Made by a program: the position numbers and the translations under genes. The notes beneath the pieces are model-generated. The model worked only from the letters and a program-made list of their open reading frames with translations. It ran no database searches and was not told the origin of the DNA. A stretch of 64,000 bases of DNA from an uncultured Nitrospiraceae bacterium (GTDB taxonomy: Bacteria > Nitrospirota > Thermodesulfovibrionia > Thermodesulfovibrionales > Dissulfurispiraceae): the NCBI GenBank assembly GCA_963705105.1, contig CAVPIW010000010.1, positions 1 through 64,000 of the forward strand, given 5' to 3'. Shown here piece by piece: positions 53,644 through 64,000 of this stretch (position 1 is its first letter; the number at the start of each line of letters is the position of its first letter).

Positions 53644-54783
53644 TTACTTCTCCTCGGCGCCGGACTTCCCGGAGCCGGCGCTTTCACCGGATTTGCCGAG
53701 ATTCTTCGCAAGCATGGCGCCTGCGCCGATGGCGGCGCCGCCGACGCCTGCCAGGATCGCTGCGGAACCTGCAGTCAGGCCTTCTCCCTGGCGCTCCCTG
53801 ACCCCAGGGTAGGTCGCGGGAGGAGTGAAGAACTGGACCCTTGAGGGCGAGTGAATCGGGATGTTGAAGCCTACTCCTTTCTCTGAACAGCCGAAGCAGG
53901 GATGACCGATGCCGACGGGCCAGCTTCCCGAGCCTGTGTCGCCGAAGAGGAGGGACGGGCAGTTGTTGTATGTTTCCGGTCCCTTGCATCCGAGCTTGTA
54001 GAGGCAGTATCCCTGACGGTGCCCCTCGTCGCCGAAGACCATGGCAAAACGCCCTGCGTCGAAATGGGGCCGCCGCTCGCAGTTTTCGTGGATCAGTCTT
54101 CCATAGGCGAACTTCGGCCTGCCCTTGTCGTCGAGGGCGGGGAGTTTCTTGAAAGTCACGAAATAGAGGACCGTCGAGAGGAAATTGTAAGGGTTCGGCG
54201 CGCAGCCCGGTATGTTCACGACCGTGTATCCCTTGAGCACTTCCGAGACGCTGCTCGCGCCCGTCGGGTTCGGCGATGCCGCAGGGATGCCTCCCCATGC
54301 GGCGCAGGAGCCGATGGCGATGATCGCGGCGGCATGAGGGGCGACCTCCTTGATGTGCTCGAGGGCGGTCTTGCCGGCGATCTTGCAGTAGATCCCCCCG
54401 TCCTTGACGGGAATGGCGCCATCGACGACGAGGACGAATTTCCCCTTGTTCGCCTTGATCGATTTCTCCCGGACCGCCTCCAGGTTGTGTCCCGAGGGCG
54501 TGCTGAGCGTTTCGTGGTATTCCAGGGAGATGAGATCGAGGATGAGATGCTCCAGTGTGGGATGGTGTGTCCTCAGGAGCGATTCCGTGCAGCCCGTGCA
54601 TTCCTGGAACGAGAGCCAGATGACAGGCGGGCGCTTCGGGCTCGTGGCGGCCTCCGCAATCCTGGAACCCATGCCAAGGGGCAACCCCATACAAGCGGCC
54701 ATGGCGGAACAGAACTTGAGGAAATCCCTCCGCGATACGTCTGTGAGCTTTCTTCCGCCCAGATACATACCTTTTCTTAGCAT
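53644..54783 (-). CDS. hybO: Hydrogenase-2 small subunit
   Basis: Tat motif SRRDFLK, ECTGCTES, GSCAAWGG, PGCAP, HENCER, CLYKLGCKGP, HPCFGC, C-terminal TM helix. Confidence 0.93.
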   Translation of the reverse strand: MLRKGMYLGGRKLTDVSRRDFLKFCSAMAACMGLPLGMGSRIAEAATSPKRPPVIWLSFQECTGCTESLLRTHHPTLEHLILDLISLEYHETLSTPSGHNLEAVREKSIKANKGKFVLVVDGAIPVKDGGIYCKIAGKTALEHIKEVAPHAAAIIAIGSCAAWGGIPAASPNPTGASSVSEVLKGYTVVNIPGCAPNPYNFLSTVLYFVTFKKLPALDDKGRPKFAYGRLIHENCERRPHFDAGRFAMVFGDEGHRQGYCLYKLGCKGPETYNNCPSLLFGDTGSGSWPVGIGHPCFGCSEKGVGFNIPIHSPSRVQFFTPPATYPGVRERQGEGLTAGSAAILAGVGGAAIGAGAMLAKNLGKSGESAGSGKSGAEEK

Positions 54784-54988
54784 TTCTTACCCCTTTATCA
54801 TTGGTTTATATTGTTTTTCTGTCGCAGATCGAGGATCGAGGTTCCGTCGGAAATATGGAGGAGGAGGAGGAGTGATGAGGAAGAGATGGGAAGGTCAAAT
54901 ACTTTCATTGGGTTTATGTATCGTCCGAAAGTGAGACAATCTAACTGCTTAATTACCAATGCAGATCTTTGTCGTTAAGGTTCTCACT

Positions 54989-55016
54989 ATGATAGCGTAT
55001 CGAAAATATATTTCAA
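54989..55016 (-). promoter_or_regulatory. Candidate sigma70 promoter of the hyb operon
   Basis: TTGAAA, 16 bp spacer, TATCAT in an AT-rich intergenic region. Confidence 0.4.
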
Positions 55017-55138
55017 GGTGACTTATAGATGTATAAGAATAATTTAAATGGCGCAGTGTATGACTATCCGGTCATTTTCATTGTCAGCGACACTGAGACT
55101 GCTATGTATGGCTTTAAGACACTTCGCGATGTTTCGAG

Positions 55139-55405
55139 TTGCAGGCAGGGCGAAGCGCTCTGAAATACAGTGTCAGTGACAGTGTGAGTGTCAGCAAAAA
55201 GTTCACCTTTTTCAGCCGTCGGCCTGAAATAGCTTCATCGATGCCGGGCCGTTCGGGGAACGGCCCCTACAGGATTCCACTCTTTATGTCATCGACCATT
55301 GGCTTATGGTTCGTCTTTCGTTATGATACTGGTGTGGCCGCAGCAAGGTTTTCGGCGCATTCACCCCAGCCCCGCCTTTCCGGAGGGCGTATGCAACGAT
55401 ACGGT
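55139..55405 (+). repeat. Repeat family A copy 9 (long subtype)
   Basis: Colinear with 23519-23799. Confidence 0.85.
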
Positions 55406-57890
55406 CTACTTTTTAGTCATGGCTTCCCTGATGGCAGTGCTCAGTTCCTGTATCCTGTAAGGCTTCGATATGAAGCCGCAGAAACCGTAACTTTCGTGAG
55501 CCGAGAGCACCGGGTCATTCGAATAGCCGCTCGAAACGATCGCCCTGACGGCAGGGTCGATCTGCTTCAGAACGGCCAGGGCCTCCTTCCCTCCCATGCC
55601 TCCGGGGACGGTCAGGTCGGCGATGACGATATCAAAGGGTCTGCACGCATCAATGGCCTTTCTGTATGCATCGATCATTTCATTGCCGTCCTCGACCGCC
55701 TCGGCTCCGTACCCGAGGTGGTGCAGCATTTTGAGGCAGACCTCCCTGATGAAAGGCTCGTCATCCATGACGAGGACCCTTCCCCTTCCGGCCCGGAGCG
55801 ATTCCGGCGCCGGCCCCGGTTCGGTCGCCTTCCCTTCGGCCGCCGGGAGGTAGACAAAAAAAGTCGATCCTTTGCCGAGCTCGGAATCGACGGTCATGTA
55901 CCCGTCATGCCGTGTGACGATCGAGTAGGCAGTGGCAAGACCGAGACCGCTTCCGCGCTGCTTCGTCGTGAAATAGGGATCGAAAATCCTCGGGAGATGC
56001 TCCTCCGGTATCCCCAAGCCATGATCGGTGATCGCTATCCGGATGTGCCTGTCATGTTTCAGCGGCAGGTCCTGCACGTCTTCGGCCGTCACATTGTCAC
56101 AGCTCAACTCGATGACGCCTCCTTCGGGCATCGCCTGATCGGCGTTGATGAGCAGATTGTTGATGACCTGGCTGATCTGACTCTCGTCCACCTCGGCATG
56201 CCAGAGGTCTTCCGGTAAGCGGAGGCGGCACTTCGACCTCGATCCCCGCAATGCAAAGCCGACAGTGTCCCGGATGATCCCGAGAAGCGTTGTCGGCTTT
56301 CTGACGGGTGCACCGCCCTTCGAGAAGGTGAGCAGTTGGTGCGTGAGGTCACGGGCCCGTGCCACGGCCTTTTCCGCTTCCGCGAGCCTTTCCGATAGGG
56401 GTTCGTCATCGCCGGCGTAAAGCTTTGCAAGGGAGATGTTGCCGAGGATGGCCGTGAGGATGTTGTTGAAGTCGTGGGCGATGCCGCCGGCAAGGATGCC
56501 GACGGACTCAAGTTTCTGGGCCTTCAGGAGTTCAGCCTCCATGCTTCTCTTTTCCGTGACGTCCCGGAACACGAGCACGACACCCACGACACTGCCGTCA
56601 CTCATCCTGATCGGCGCGCCGCTGTCGGCGATGATCCGCTCCGTGCCGTCCCGGCTGACGAGAACGGTCTGATTGGCGAGCCCGACGATGCCCCCTCGTT
56701 CGATCACCCTTTCGACAGGGCTCTCGCATCTTTTCCGCGTCTTCTCATGAATGATCTGGAATACGTCCGAGAGGGGCCGCCCGAGTGCCTCCTGCTCGCT
56801 CCAGCCCGTCAGGGCTTCGGCAACCGTGTTCAGCAGCACGACTTTTCCCCCTGTATCTGTCGTAATGACGCCGTCGCCTATGGATCGCAGGGTCACAAGC
56901 AATCGCTCCTTTTCGGCGGCAAGCTCCTGCTCGCTGCTGCGCAGCAATGTCTGGGCCTTTCTCCGCTCCAGCGCTCCCACAAAGATATCACCGACCGTTC
57001 TCAGGAGAGCGACGTCATCGTCGTCCCATCGCTTCTCCGTCCTCACCGAGTCAAAGCCGAGGTACCCGACAAGGTCATGACCGAACGTCATTGGGACGAG
57101 CACAAGGGACAGGATGTCCTGGGCCGAGAGGATATCCCTTTCGGGACGGGCTTCTTCCGGAAGCTCCGCCACCCTCGGGATGTGAATCGTCTCAAAGGCC
57201 CGCAGTCTCTGAATGAGCCAGGGGAAGGGCTCCACAGGTAAGTTCTTAAGGTTGCCGATCTGGGGCCCGATGCCTTCGGCGCACCATTCATGCGTATTGT
57301 CCATGGTCGTCCCGTCCTGGGAGAAGAGAAAGACATAGGTGCGGTCGACGTCGGAAAACCGGCCGATCTTCTCCAGCGCCTCGTTGATTGTTTGGTCGAT
57401 GTCCTCCATAGGGGAACGCAGAAACCCTGTCGAAATGGAGGAAATAATCCGCTCCATCTCGACACGGTGCTGCAAGGGCGAGCTCGGCTTTCAGACGTTC
57501 GGTGAGGTCATGGGCCAGAACGAGCTCGGCCCGTCTTCCCCTGAAAGTGATGACATGGGAGGTGATTTGGACGAACAGGACGGTCCCGTCCTTTCTGATG
57601 TGCCGCCATATCCCTGCCTCGTCGAGACCTTCCGTTACCCGTGACACGTTGTCCAGGAGGGCGGGGACATCCTCGGGAGGCCTGATGTCCTTTATGGTCA
57701 TCGAGAGGAAGTCCTCTTTTGAATACCCATAGCGATGAACGGCGGCAGTGTTGACAGCAAGAAATGAGAGGGTCTCGAGGTCATAGATGAACATGGGATG
57801 GGGGTTGCTCTCGAAGAGGTCTTTGAATGCCTCCTCCGACGGGGACGGAGGCGGTGAGGGGGAGTCAGGGTCGTGCAGGTTCCCTTTCAT
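55406..57890 (-). CDS. Hybrid sensor kinase PAS-GAF-PAS-HisKA-HATPase-REC; one-base frameshift near 57476
   Basis: ATG 57890 overlaps the upstream stop (ATGA). The PAS frame ...KAELA joins LQHRVEMER after one extra base (gcc c ttg cag). GIAHDFNN, FDPYFTTK, GSGLGL and a REC domain follow. Confidence 0.85.
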
Positions 57891-59485
57891 GCAGCGGCAG
57901 GCGTTGTTCCGGGCATGGTGAGAAAGAAGGTCGCGCCCTTTCCGGCGCATGATTCCACCCATATCCTTCCGCCGTGGCGCTCGACGATTTTCCTGCAGAC
58001 GGCCAGGCCGATGCCCGTACCGGGGTATTCATCTCCCCGGTGGAGGCGCTGAAAGATCTGGAAGATGTGAGAGCTTTTATCGGGAGGGATGCCGATGCCG
58101 TTGTCTTTCACCGAAAAGATCCATTCATTGTCGCTCCTCACTGCGGAGATATGAATCCGCGGCGGTTCCGGACCCCTGAATTTGACGGCGTTGTTGATGA
58201 GATTCAGGAAAAGCTGGGCCAACTGGATTTCATTGGCGACCACGTCGGGAAGGACATCGTGGGTCACCACGGAACCGCTCCCGTCGATGGCCGATTTCAG
58301 ATCGAACAGGACGCGGTCGAGGACGGTATTCGCGTTCACCGGTTCGTGGATTTTTTTGACGGCGCTGACCCGTGAGTAGTCAAGCAGCGCAGAGATGAAC
58401 GTCTGCATTCTCTCGGCGCTCCCGAGGGCGTCCGACACGAGTTCCGATGCCTCTCCCTCCAGTTTGCTCCCGTATTTTTTCTGCAGGCGTCTCAGGAATC
58501 CCAGGGTGGTCAGCAGCGGCTGCTGCAGATCGTGGGCGACGACGGACGCAAAATACTGCAGTTCCTCATTGCTCCTCTTCAGCTCCTGCGCGAATTGCCT
58601 GAGCTGCTCCTCGTCCCTCTTTTTTTCGGTTACATCCCTTGTCACATTGATGATGCATTTCTCGCCCTGAAGGTCGATGAGTTCCGCCGACCGCTGCATG
58701 GTCCGTATTTCGCCTGATTTCATGCGGAACTGGACCTCGTGGTTGCGGATCACGCCTTTCTTCCTGAGGATCCTCGTCACCTCGGCCCGCTCCTCGTAAT
58801 TGACCCAGAGGTTCAGTTCCGCCGACGTCTTTCCTATGACCTCATCCCTCGCATATCCCGTTATGCGGAGAAAGGCGTCGTTGACGTCGATGAGACGGCC
58901 GTCGGAAAGGGCGCTGATGACGATCCAGTCCGGGCTGGACCGGAAGACTTTCGAGAATTTCTCCTCGGACAGACGCAGGGCATCGTCGGCGAGCTTGTGC
59001 TCCGTTCTGTCGCGGATGATCCCCTGGTATCCGAGGATGTCACCGTCCTCTCCACAGCGGACCGAGGAGGTAAGCGCGCAGAACATCACCGACCCGTCCT
59101 TTCTCCGCAAGGGGACCTCGTATTCCCTGACAGAACCCTTTTTCTCGATCTGCTTCTGAAAGGCCTCACGGTCACGAGGGTCGGCATACAGACGGGTAAC
59201 GTCGAGACCGATCATCTCATCCTTGCCGTACCCGAAGAGGTCGAGGGCGGAACGGTTTGCGTCGAGAATGATCCCGTCCCGCGACGTGTAATAGATTGCA
59301 TCGAGGGAGTCGTCGAAGATGCTCCGGTATTTCTCCTCATGTTCCCTGAGGGCTTCGAGCGTTGTCCGGCACTGATGCTCGAACGCCTCAAGTTCCGCCA
59401 CGCGACGCCGGAGCGAGACGAGTTCCTCTCCGGTTTCTCCCTTCACCCTGTCGGTCGGCATGCCCTTTTTCATCCCGCTCTTCAT
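57887..59485 (-). CDS. PAS-PAS sensor histidine kinase
   Basis: Two PAS domains, VAHDLQQP, NLINNAVKF, DNGIGI, GTGIGL. Confidence 0.92.
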   Translation of the reverse strand: MKSGMKKGMPTDRVKGETGEELVSLRRRVAELEAFEHQCRTTLEALREHEEKYRSIFDDSLDAIYYTSRDGIILDANRSALDLFGYGKDEMIGLDVTRLYADPRDREAFQKQIEKKGSVREYEVPLRRKDGSVMFCALTSSVRCGEDGDILGYQGIIRDRTEHKLADDALRLSEEKFSKVFRSSPDWIVISALSDGRLIDVNDAFLRITGYARDEVIGKTSAELNLWVNYEERAEVTRILRKKGVIRNHEVQFRMKSGEIRTMQRSAELIDLQGEKCIINVTRDVTEKKRDEEQLRQFAQELKRSNEELQYFASVVAHDLQQPLLTTLGFLRRLQKKYGSKLEGEASELVSDALGSAERMQTFISALLDYSRVSAVKKIHEPVNANTVLDRVLFDLKSAIDGSGSVVTHDVLPDVVANEIQLAQLFLNLINNAVKFRGPEPPRIHISAVRSDNEWIFSVKDNGIGIPPDKSSHIFQIFQRLHRGDEYPGTGIGLAVCRKIVERHGGRIWVESCAGKGATFFLTMPGTTPAAA

Positions 59486-59543
59486 GGACCTCCCCGTCCT
59501 GTCAGTGACTCTGCCTCATGAATTAATCGCATAAGTTTAACAA

Positions 59544-59690
59544 ATTGTGGGGAGCCAATAAAACAGTGTGAGTGTGAGTGTGAGTGTGAGTGATTGTGGG
59601 GAGCCAATAAAACAGTGTGAGTGTGAGTGTGCGTGTGAGTGATTGTGGGGAGCCAATAAAACAGTGTGAGTGTGAGTGTGCGTGTGAATG
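59544..59690. repeat. Three tandem 49-bp units containing a (gagtgt)n microsatellite
   Basis: Unit attgtggggagccaataaaacagtgtgagtgtgagtgtg(a/c)gtgtga(g/a)tg starts at 59544, 59593 and 59642. Confidence 0.95.
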
Positions 59691-59760
59691 ACAGTGATTG
59701 TTCCTGACGAATCCGTCGGCAATCCTGAGAAAACGAATAATGATTCCGGACTTATCCTCA

Positions 59761-59880
59761 TATGCGCCGAAAACCTTGCTGCGGCGACACCGTACCCCTC
59801 ACAGAAGACACCCTTTCAAGCCAATGGCCGATGAAATGAGCCTTTTCACCGACACTCACACTGTCACTGTCACTGACACT
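59761..59880 (-). repeat. Partial repeat family A copy 10 (long subtype)
   Basis: The reverse complement contains agtgtcagtgacagtgacagtgtgagtgtc and gtgtcgccgcagcaaggttttcggcgcata. Confidence 0.75.
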
Positions 59881-59947
59881 TTTGGACACCTATGATTCGG
59901 TAGAGTAAAATATTCTTTTTTACAATCCACTGAGAGGTGACAACGTC

Positions 59948-60580
59948 ATGGCTGAATTGGGACAGATTGAAAGACCCGCCGCCGACAGTTTCAGCGGGAA
60001 GAGGAAGCTCTACTGCGTGCCCAGCGTCTTTCCTGTGGAGGATGCGCCCGAGGAGTACAGGCGGCTTGTCGATTCGTACTGGGATCAGGCCGAGGAGCAG
60101 ATCAGGAAGCTTGAGAATGCCGGCAGGGTGACGAAAGTATTCTGCGAAGGCATTCATAAGGAGGGGGAGGAAGCCCTCGGCATGCTGTCTGCGATGAATG
60201 ACAGGGCAAACAGGATCGTCGCGGAGAAGGTCGCAGCCGGGGCGGCGCTGCTGCCGATCGAGAGAGAGGACATCTTTACACCTTTCCTTGACTGGAGGAA
60301 CTGCCTTGCCGTCGTCAGAACTCAGGAAGTTTACGAGAGAGTGCTCGAGTTCTATCGCGAGCTGCTCGACAGGAGGCTTAAATACATGATCAGCGTGATC
60401 GACGGGAACCTCTTCGAAGGCGAATCGGGGATGCTGATCCTCGGAGACGACGATCGCGTGAGGCTGCAGTTGCCGCCCGACATCGAGATCTTCCTTGTCA
60501 CCCCGCCCTCATACGACGACCTCGTCCGCTGGGTGAGACAGAGACTGCAGGAGCTTCAGGGTGGAGGAGGTCAGGAGTAA
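59948..60580 (+). CDS. Hypothetical protein
   Basis: GAGGTG RBS, 210-aa ORF with typical codon usage; no recognised motif. Confidence 0.7.
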   Translation: MAELGQIERPAADSFSGKRKLYCVPSVFPVEDAPEEYRRLVDSYWDQAEEQIRKLENAGRVTKVFCEGIHKEGEEALGMLSAMNDRANRIVAEKVAAGAALLPIEREDIFTPFLDWRNCLAVVRTQEVYERVLEFYRELLDRRLKYMISVIDGNLFEGESGMLILGDDDRVRLQLPPDIEIFLVTPPSYDDLVRWVRQRLQELQGGGGQE

Positions 60581-60717
60581 ATCTCGAGCCGCGTCGGGAA
60601 TCCGTCATTTTTCGCAAAACGAGTATAAAATTTAATAGACGCTGTCTCTCACGACTGCATGCGCCGCGTGGCTGCTCCGCAGGGAGGCAGAGACGAGTAT
60701 CACAGGAGTGCGACCCC

Positions 60718-62568
60718 ATGAATGACGGAAACACCTTTCGGCGATGGTACTGGATGCCCGTTGCCGCTTTCGTGCTGGGCATTACGTCAGCGATACTGCT
60801 CATATGGATCAACCAGCTCAGTGAGAGACAGCAGCGGAATTTTGCCCGGGACGACATGGTCAGTGAGATCCTGCTGAATGCAGCGACGGGCCATCTCTGG
60901 CTGGAGGAAGTCATCACCGGCACAACCCTGGTGGATACCGGGAAAGTCTGGGCTGCTTTCGACCGGTCTGTTTCGCTGGTTGATGCGTTGTTGAGCGGAG
61001 GGGTGTCGCCACACGGCGTGGCTATTGAGGCGCTGCAGGAACCGACCCTCCGTGCCCAGGCAGAGGATTTGAGGTCTTCCCTCGTGATGTTTAAGAAGGA
61101 GGCTCAGGGGAGATTCCAGGATTCCGGGAATTCGGGAATCGGTACCCGGAAGGATGCGCGTTTTAATGCTCTTTTCAAAGAGATCATGGACAAAGCCGCA
61201 GCCTTCGATCTCATGCTTCAGGAAATCCAGGCCCGCAACAGTGCAGACACAAAGCGCCTTTTCTGGATCGTTCTCTCTGTCTGGCTATCGGCCGTCATTG
61301 CTGTCGGACTCATGCTCTCCAATCATGAGATGCAGCGGAGGCGGGCCGAGGAAGCCCTAAAGGAGGCCCGTGACAGGCTCGAAGAGCGGGTCCGGGAGCG
61401 AACGGGCGAACTGAAAGCCGCCAATGAATATCTTCAACAGGAAATCATTGAGCGGAAGCAGGCCGGGGAGGCTTTGCGGAAGAGCGAAGGCGAATTTCAA
61501 AGACTTTCTCAGCAGTTCCACACGCTTCTGGACGCGATTACCGACTCTTTGACTTTACTTTCTCCTGACCTGAGAGTGCTCTGGTGGAACAAGGGGGCCC
61601 TGTACAGTTCAGTGAAGAATGTCCCCGATCCTTCCGGACTTCACTGCTATGCCCTCTTGCATAAACGCACTGCTCCCTGTGAGGGATGTCCGGCGCTCAG
61701 GAGTCTCAGCACAGGAAAAGAGGAGTCGTTCCGGATGGAATTTCACAGGAGGCAATGGGAACTCAGGGCGTTCCCGATAAGAGATGAGGATGGAAAGGTA
61801 GGCAGCGTCCTGACGGTCGCCGGTGACGTCACTGAAAGGACGAGCCTGCAGGCGGAAGCGATGCGCTCGGCGCATCTTGCATCACTGGGCGAGCTCGCTG
61901 CGGGCGTGGCCCACGAGATCAACAATCCGATCAACGGTATAATCAACTATGCCCAGATACTGGCTGATGAGGCCCGCGAGGCGGATGGAGAAATGGACAT
62001 CCCGGTTCGCATCATAAAAGAGGGCAACCGCATCGCGAACATAGTCAGAAGTCTTCTCTCTTTTGCCCGTGAGAGAAAGGAGGGAAAAGCCCCTGTATAT
62101 GTGCATGATATAATCCGTGAATGCTTTGCCCTTGTCGACACGCAGCTGCGAAAAGACGGAATCATCGTCAGGTCGGACATACCCCAAAATCTCCCTCCGA
62201 TAGTCGTTCATTTCCAGCAGATTCAGCAGGTTTTCCTGAACATCATCAACAACGCCCAATATGCCCTGAACGAAAAGTATCCCGGGACCGACAAGGGGAA
62301 AATACTCGATATTCGTGCCGAAGAAGTGATGGTGAACGGGTCCCCCCACGTGGCAATCACCTTCCACGATCGCGGTGCGGGCATGCCTGACCGCATTCGG
62401 AACAGGGTGATGGATCCTTTTTTCACGACCAAACCCAAGGGCGTCGGAACAGGTTTGGGATTAAGCATCAGCCATGGAATTATCGGCGATCATGGTGGTA
62501 ATCTTACTATTAAGAGTGTCGAAGGGGAGTATACGAAGGTTCAGATCGTCTTGCCGGCAGGAGAGTAA
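60718..62568 (+). CDS. Membrane sensor histidine kinase (two TM, periplasmic domain, PAS, HisKA, HATPase)
   Basis: AGVAHEINNP, QVFLNIINNA, DRGAG, PFFTTK, GTGLGL. Confidence 0.92.
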   Translation: MNDGNTFRRWYWMPVAAFVLGITSAILLIWINQLSERQQRNFARDDMVSEILLNAATGHLWLEEVITGTTLVDTGKVWAAFDRSVSLVDALLSGGVSPHGVAIEALQEPTLRAQAEDLRSSLVMFKKEAQGRFQDSGNSGIGTRKDARFNALFKEIMDKAAAFDLMLQEIQARNSADTKRLFWIVLSVWLSAVIAVGLMLSNHEMQRRRAEEALKEARDRLEERVRERTGELKAANEYLQQEIIERKQAGEALRKSEGEFQRLSQQFHTLLDAITDSLTLLSPDLRVLWWNKGALYSSVKNVPDPSGLHCYALLHKRTAPCEGCPALRSLSTGKEESFRMEFHRRQWELRAFPIRDEDGKVGSVLTVAGDVTERTSLQAEAMRSAHLASLGELAAGVAHEINNPINGIINYAQILADEAREADGEMDIPVRIIKEGNRIANIVRSLLSFARERKEGKAPVYVHDIIRECFALVDTQLRKDGIIVRSDIPQNLPPIVVHFQQIQQVFLNIINNAQYALNEKYPGTDKGKILDIRAEEVMVNGSPHVAITFHDRGAGMPDRIRNRVMDPFFTTKPKGVGTGLGLSISHGIIGDHGGNLTIKSVEGEYTKVQIVLPAGE

Positions 62569-62569
62569 G

Positions 62570-64000
62570 GTGAAGGGGAAAATTCTTGTCATCGATGATG
62601 AGGAGGGCATCAGATTTACCTTCCGGAGATTCCTTCGGGATGCGGGATTTGAGGTGGAGACTGCCGAAGATTTCAACGGGGCTTTGGACAGGATTGCAGC
62701 TGATGATATCGATCTGGTCTTCTCCGATATCTTACTGGGCGGCAAGACGGGAATTGATGTGCTCCACGAGATAAAAGAGAGGAACCTCTCCTGTCCCGTC
62801 GTTCTGATAACGGGCTATCCCAACATTGAAACCGCCGCTGAGGCCGTCCGCCTTGGCGCCTTCGGCTATCTCTCCAAACCGGTGCAGAAGGAAGACATCC
62901 TGCGCACTGCAGATCTGGCAGTGAAATACAAGAGATTGACCGATGAAAAGGAGAGCTACCGTGCAAACCTTGAGGCTATCTTCAGGAGTGTCAGGGACGC
63001 GATCATCACCGTCGATAAGGATTTGGCAATTATCGAGGTCAATGAAGCTGCAAAGAGCGTCTGCGGGATTTCCCGCAAGGCGATCGGAAGTGCCTTTCCC
63101 GCTTCTGCGTCGGAATGTAAGCAAACCTGCGCCGAGACGCTCATGGAGACGGTCAGGAGCAAAGAGCCTCTTGAACGCCATCGTATTGAATGTGACCACG
63201 TGAAGTGCCGCAGCCAGGTGGTTACGGTCGTCACGTATCCTCTTCTGGACACCCGGCATCGATTCTCAGGCGCCGTGATGATCGTGCGTGACGAGACCCG
63301 TTTGGCATTACTCGAACGGGACCTGGAAGAACGCCGGCATTTCGGCAACCTCATCGGCAAGAGCGAAAAGATGCAGAGAGTCTACTCGCTCATAGAGAGC
63401 CTGGCGAATGTCCAGACGACGGTCCTGATTACCGGCGAAAGCGGAACGGGAAAAGAACTCGTGGCGCAGGCGCTTCACTACACAGGGGACCGCAGCAACA
63501 AGCCTCTGGTAAAGGTGAATTGCTCGTCCCTGTCCGAAAATCTCCTTGAAAGCGAGCTCTTCGGACACGTCAGGGGCGCTTTCACCGGTGCTATCAGAGA
63601 CAAGGTCGGACGATTTCAGTTAGCCGACGGCGGCACCATTTTTCTCGATGAAGTCGGTGATATATCGATCGGTACACAGCAGCGCCTGTTGCGCGTGCTC
63701 CAGGAAAGGGAATTCGAGCCTGTCGGGGCTGAGGCTACTGTCAGGGTGGACGTCCGTGTCATCGCGGCGACCAATAAAGATCTCCGGGAGAAGGTCAGGC
63801 GTGGTGAATTCAGAGAGGACCTTTTCTATCGTCTCAGGGTCGTCGAAATGACCTTGCCGCCTCTCAGGGAGAGGCTGGAAGACCTGCCTCTTCTGGTGGA
63901 CCACTTCATCAGGAAGTTTAATGCAAAATTGAACAGAGAGATTGATGCGGTGTCTGAAGAGGTCCTGAGGGTTTTCATGGGCCATTCCTGGCCGGGCAAT
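62570..64000 (+). CDS. sigma54-dependent response regulator (REC-PAS-AAA+), truncated at window end
   Basis: Not in the ORF track. GTG 62570 gives (M)KGKILVIDDE, with GESGTGKE and an in-frame GAFTGA at 63575, then FLDEV and FREDLFYRL. Confidence 0.93.
   Translation, partial: MKGKILVIDDEEGIRFTFRRFLRDAGFEVETAEDFNGALDRIAADDIDLVFSDILLGGKTGIDVLHEIKERNLSCPVVLITGYPNIETAAEAVRLGAFGYLSKPVQKEDILRTADLAVKYKRLTDEKESYRANLEAIFRSVRDAIITVDKDLAIIEVNEAAKSVCGISRKAIGSAFPASASECKQTCAETLMETVRSKEPLERHRIECDHVKCRSQVVTVVTYPLLDTRHRFSGAVMIVRDETRLALLERDLEERRHFGNLIGKSEKMQRVYSLIESLANVQTTVLITGESGTGKELVAQALHYTGDRSNKPLVKVNCSSLSENLLESELFGHVRGAFTGAIRDKVGRFQLADGGTIFLDEVGDISIGTQQRLLRVLQEREFEPVGAEATVRVDVRVIAATNKDLREKVRRGEFREDLFYRLRVVEMTLPPLRERLEDLPLLVDHFIRKFNAKLNREIDAVSEEVLRVFMGHSWPGN

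Noticed and set aside
59544..59690. Possible CRISPR array
   Set aside because: Units are contiguous tandem copies with near-identical would-be spacers, and no cas genes are in the window.

Overview
Chromosomal window from a high-GC anaerobic bacterium. The 16S motifs and gene content suggest Nitrospirota/Thermodesulfovibrionia (inference). In order it holds mnmG-rsmG, a 16S-23S rRNA operon with no spacer tRNA and no linked 5S, rpoD, bioA, and a sigma54-driven acetate cluster (DUF294/CBS, DUF485, actP, two acs, HDAC-family deacetylase, AcuB-like). Next come hisD, a small AT-richer island of secreted proteins, and a long minus-strand block (ALDH, cimA, lysC, apgM, NIL/MoaD/Mec/MoeB/TusA sulfur-carrier module, hom, aminotransferase, lipA, csp, mazG, FkbM, purC, P-type ATPase, purE, htpX behind a yybP-ykoY riboswitch). 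The window ends with a Hyb-type [NiFe] hydrogenase operon and a two-component cluster. Main finding: the hydrogenase large subunit has an in-frame UGA at the second Cys of the N-terminal metal-binding motif (RICGV-UGA-TSVHA), followed by a SECIS-like hairpin, while the C-terminal DPCxxC keeps both Cys. This suggests selenocysteine at a Ni-Fe bridging position rather than the canonical [NiFeSe] terminal position. Intergenic regions carry many modular inverted-repeat elements, including 10 copies of one family.
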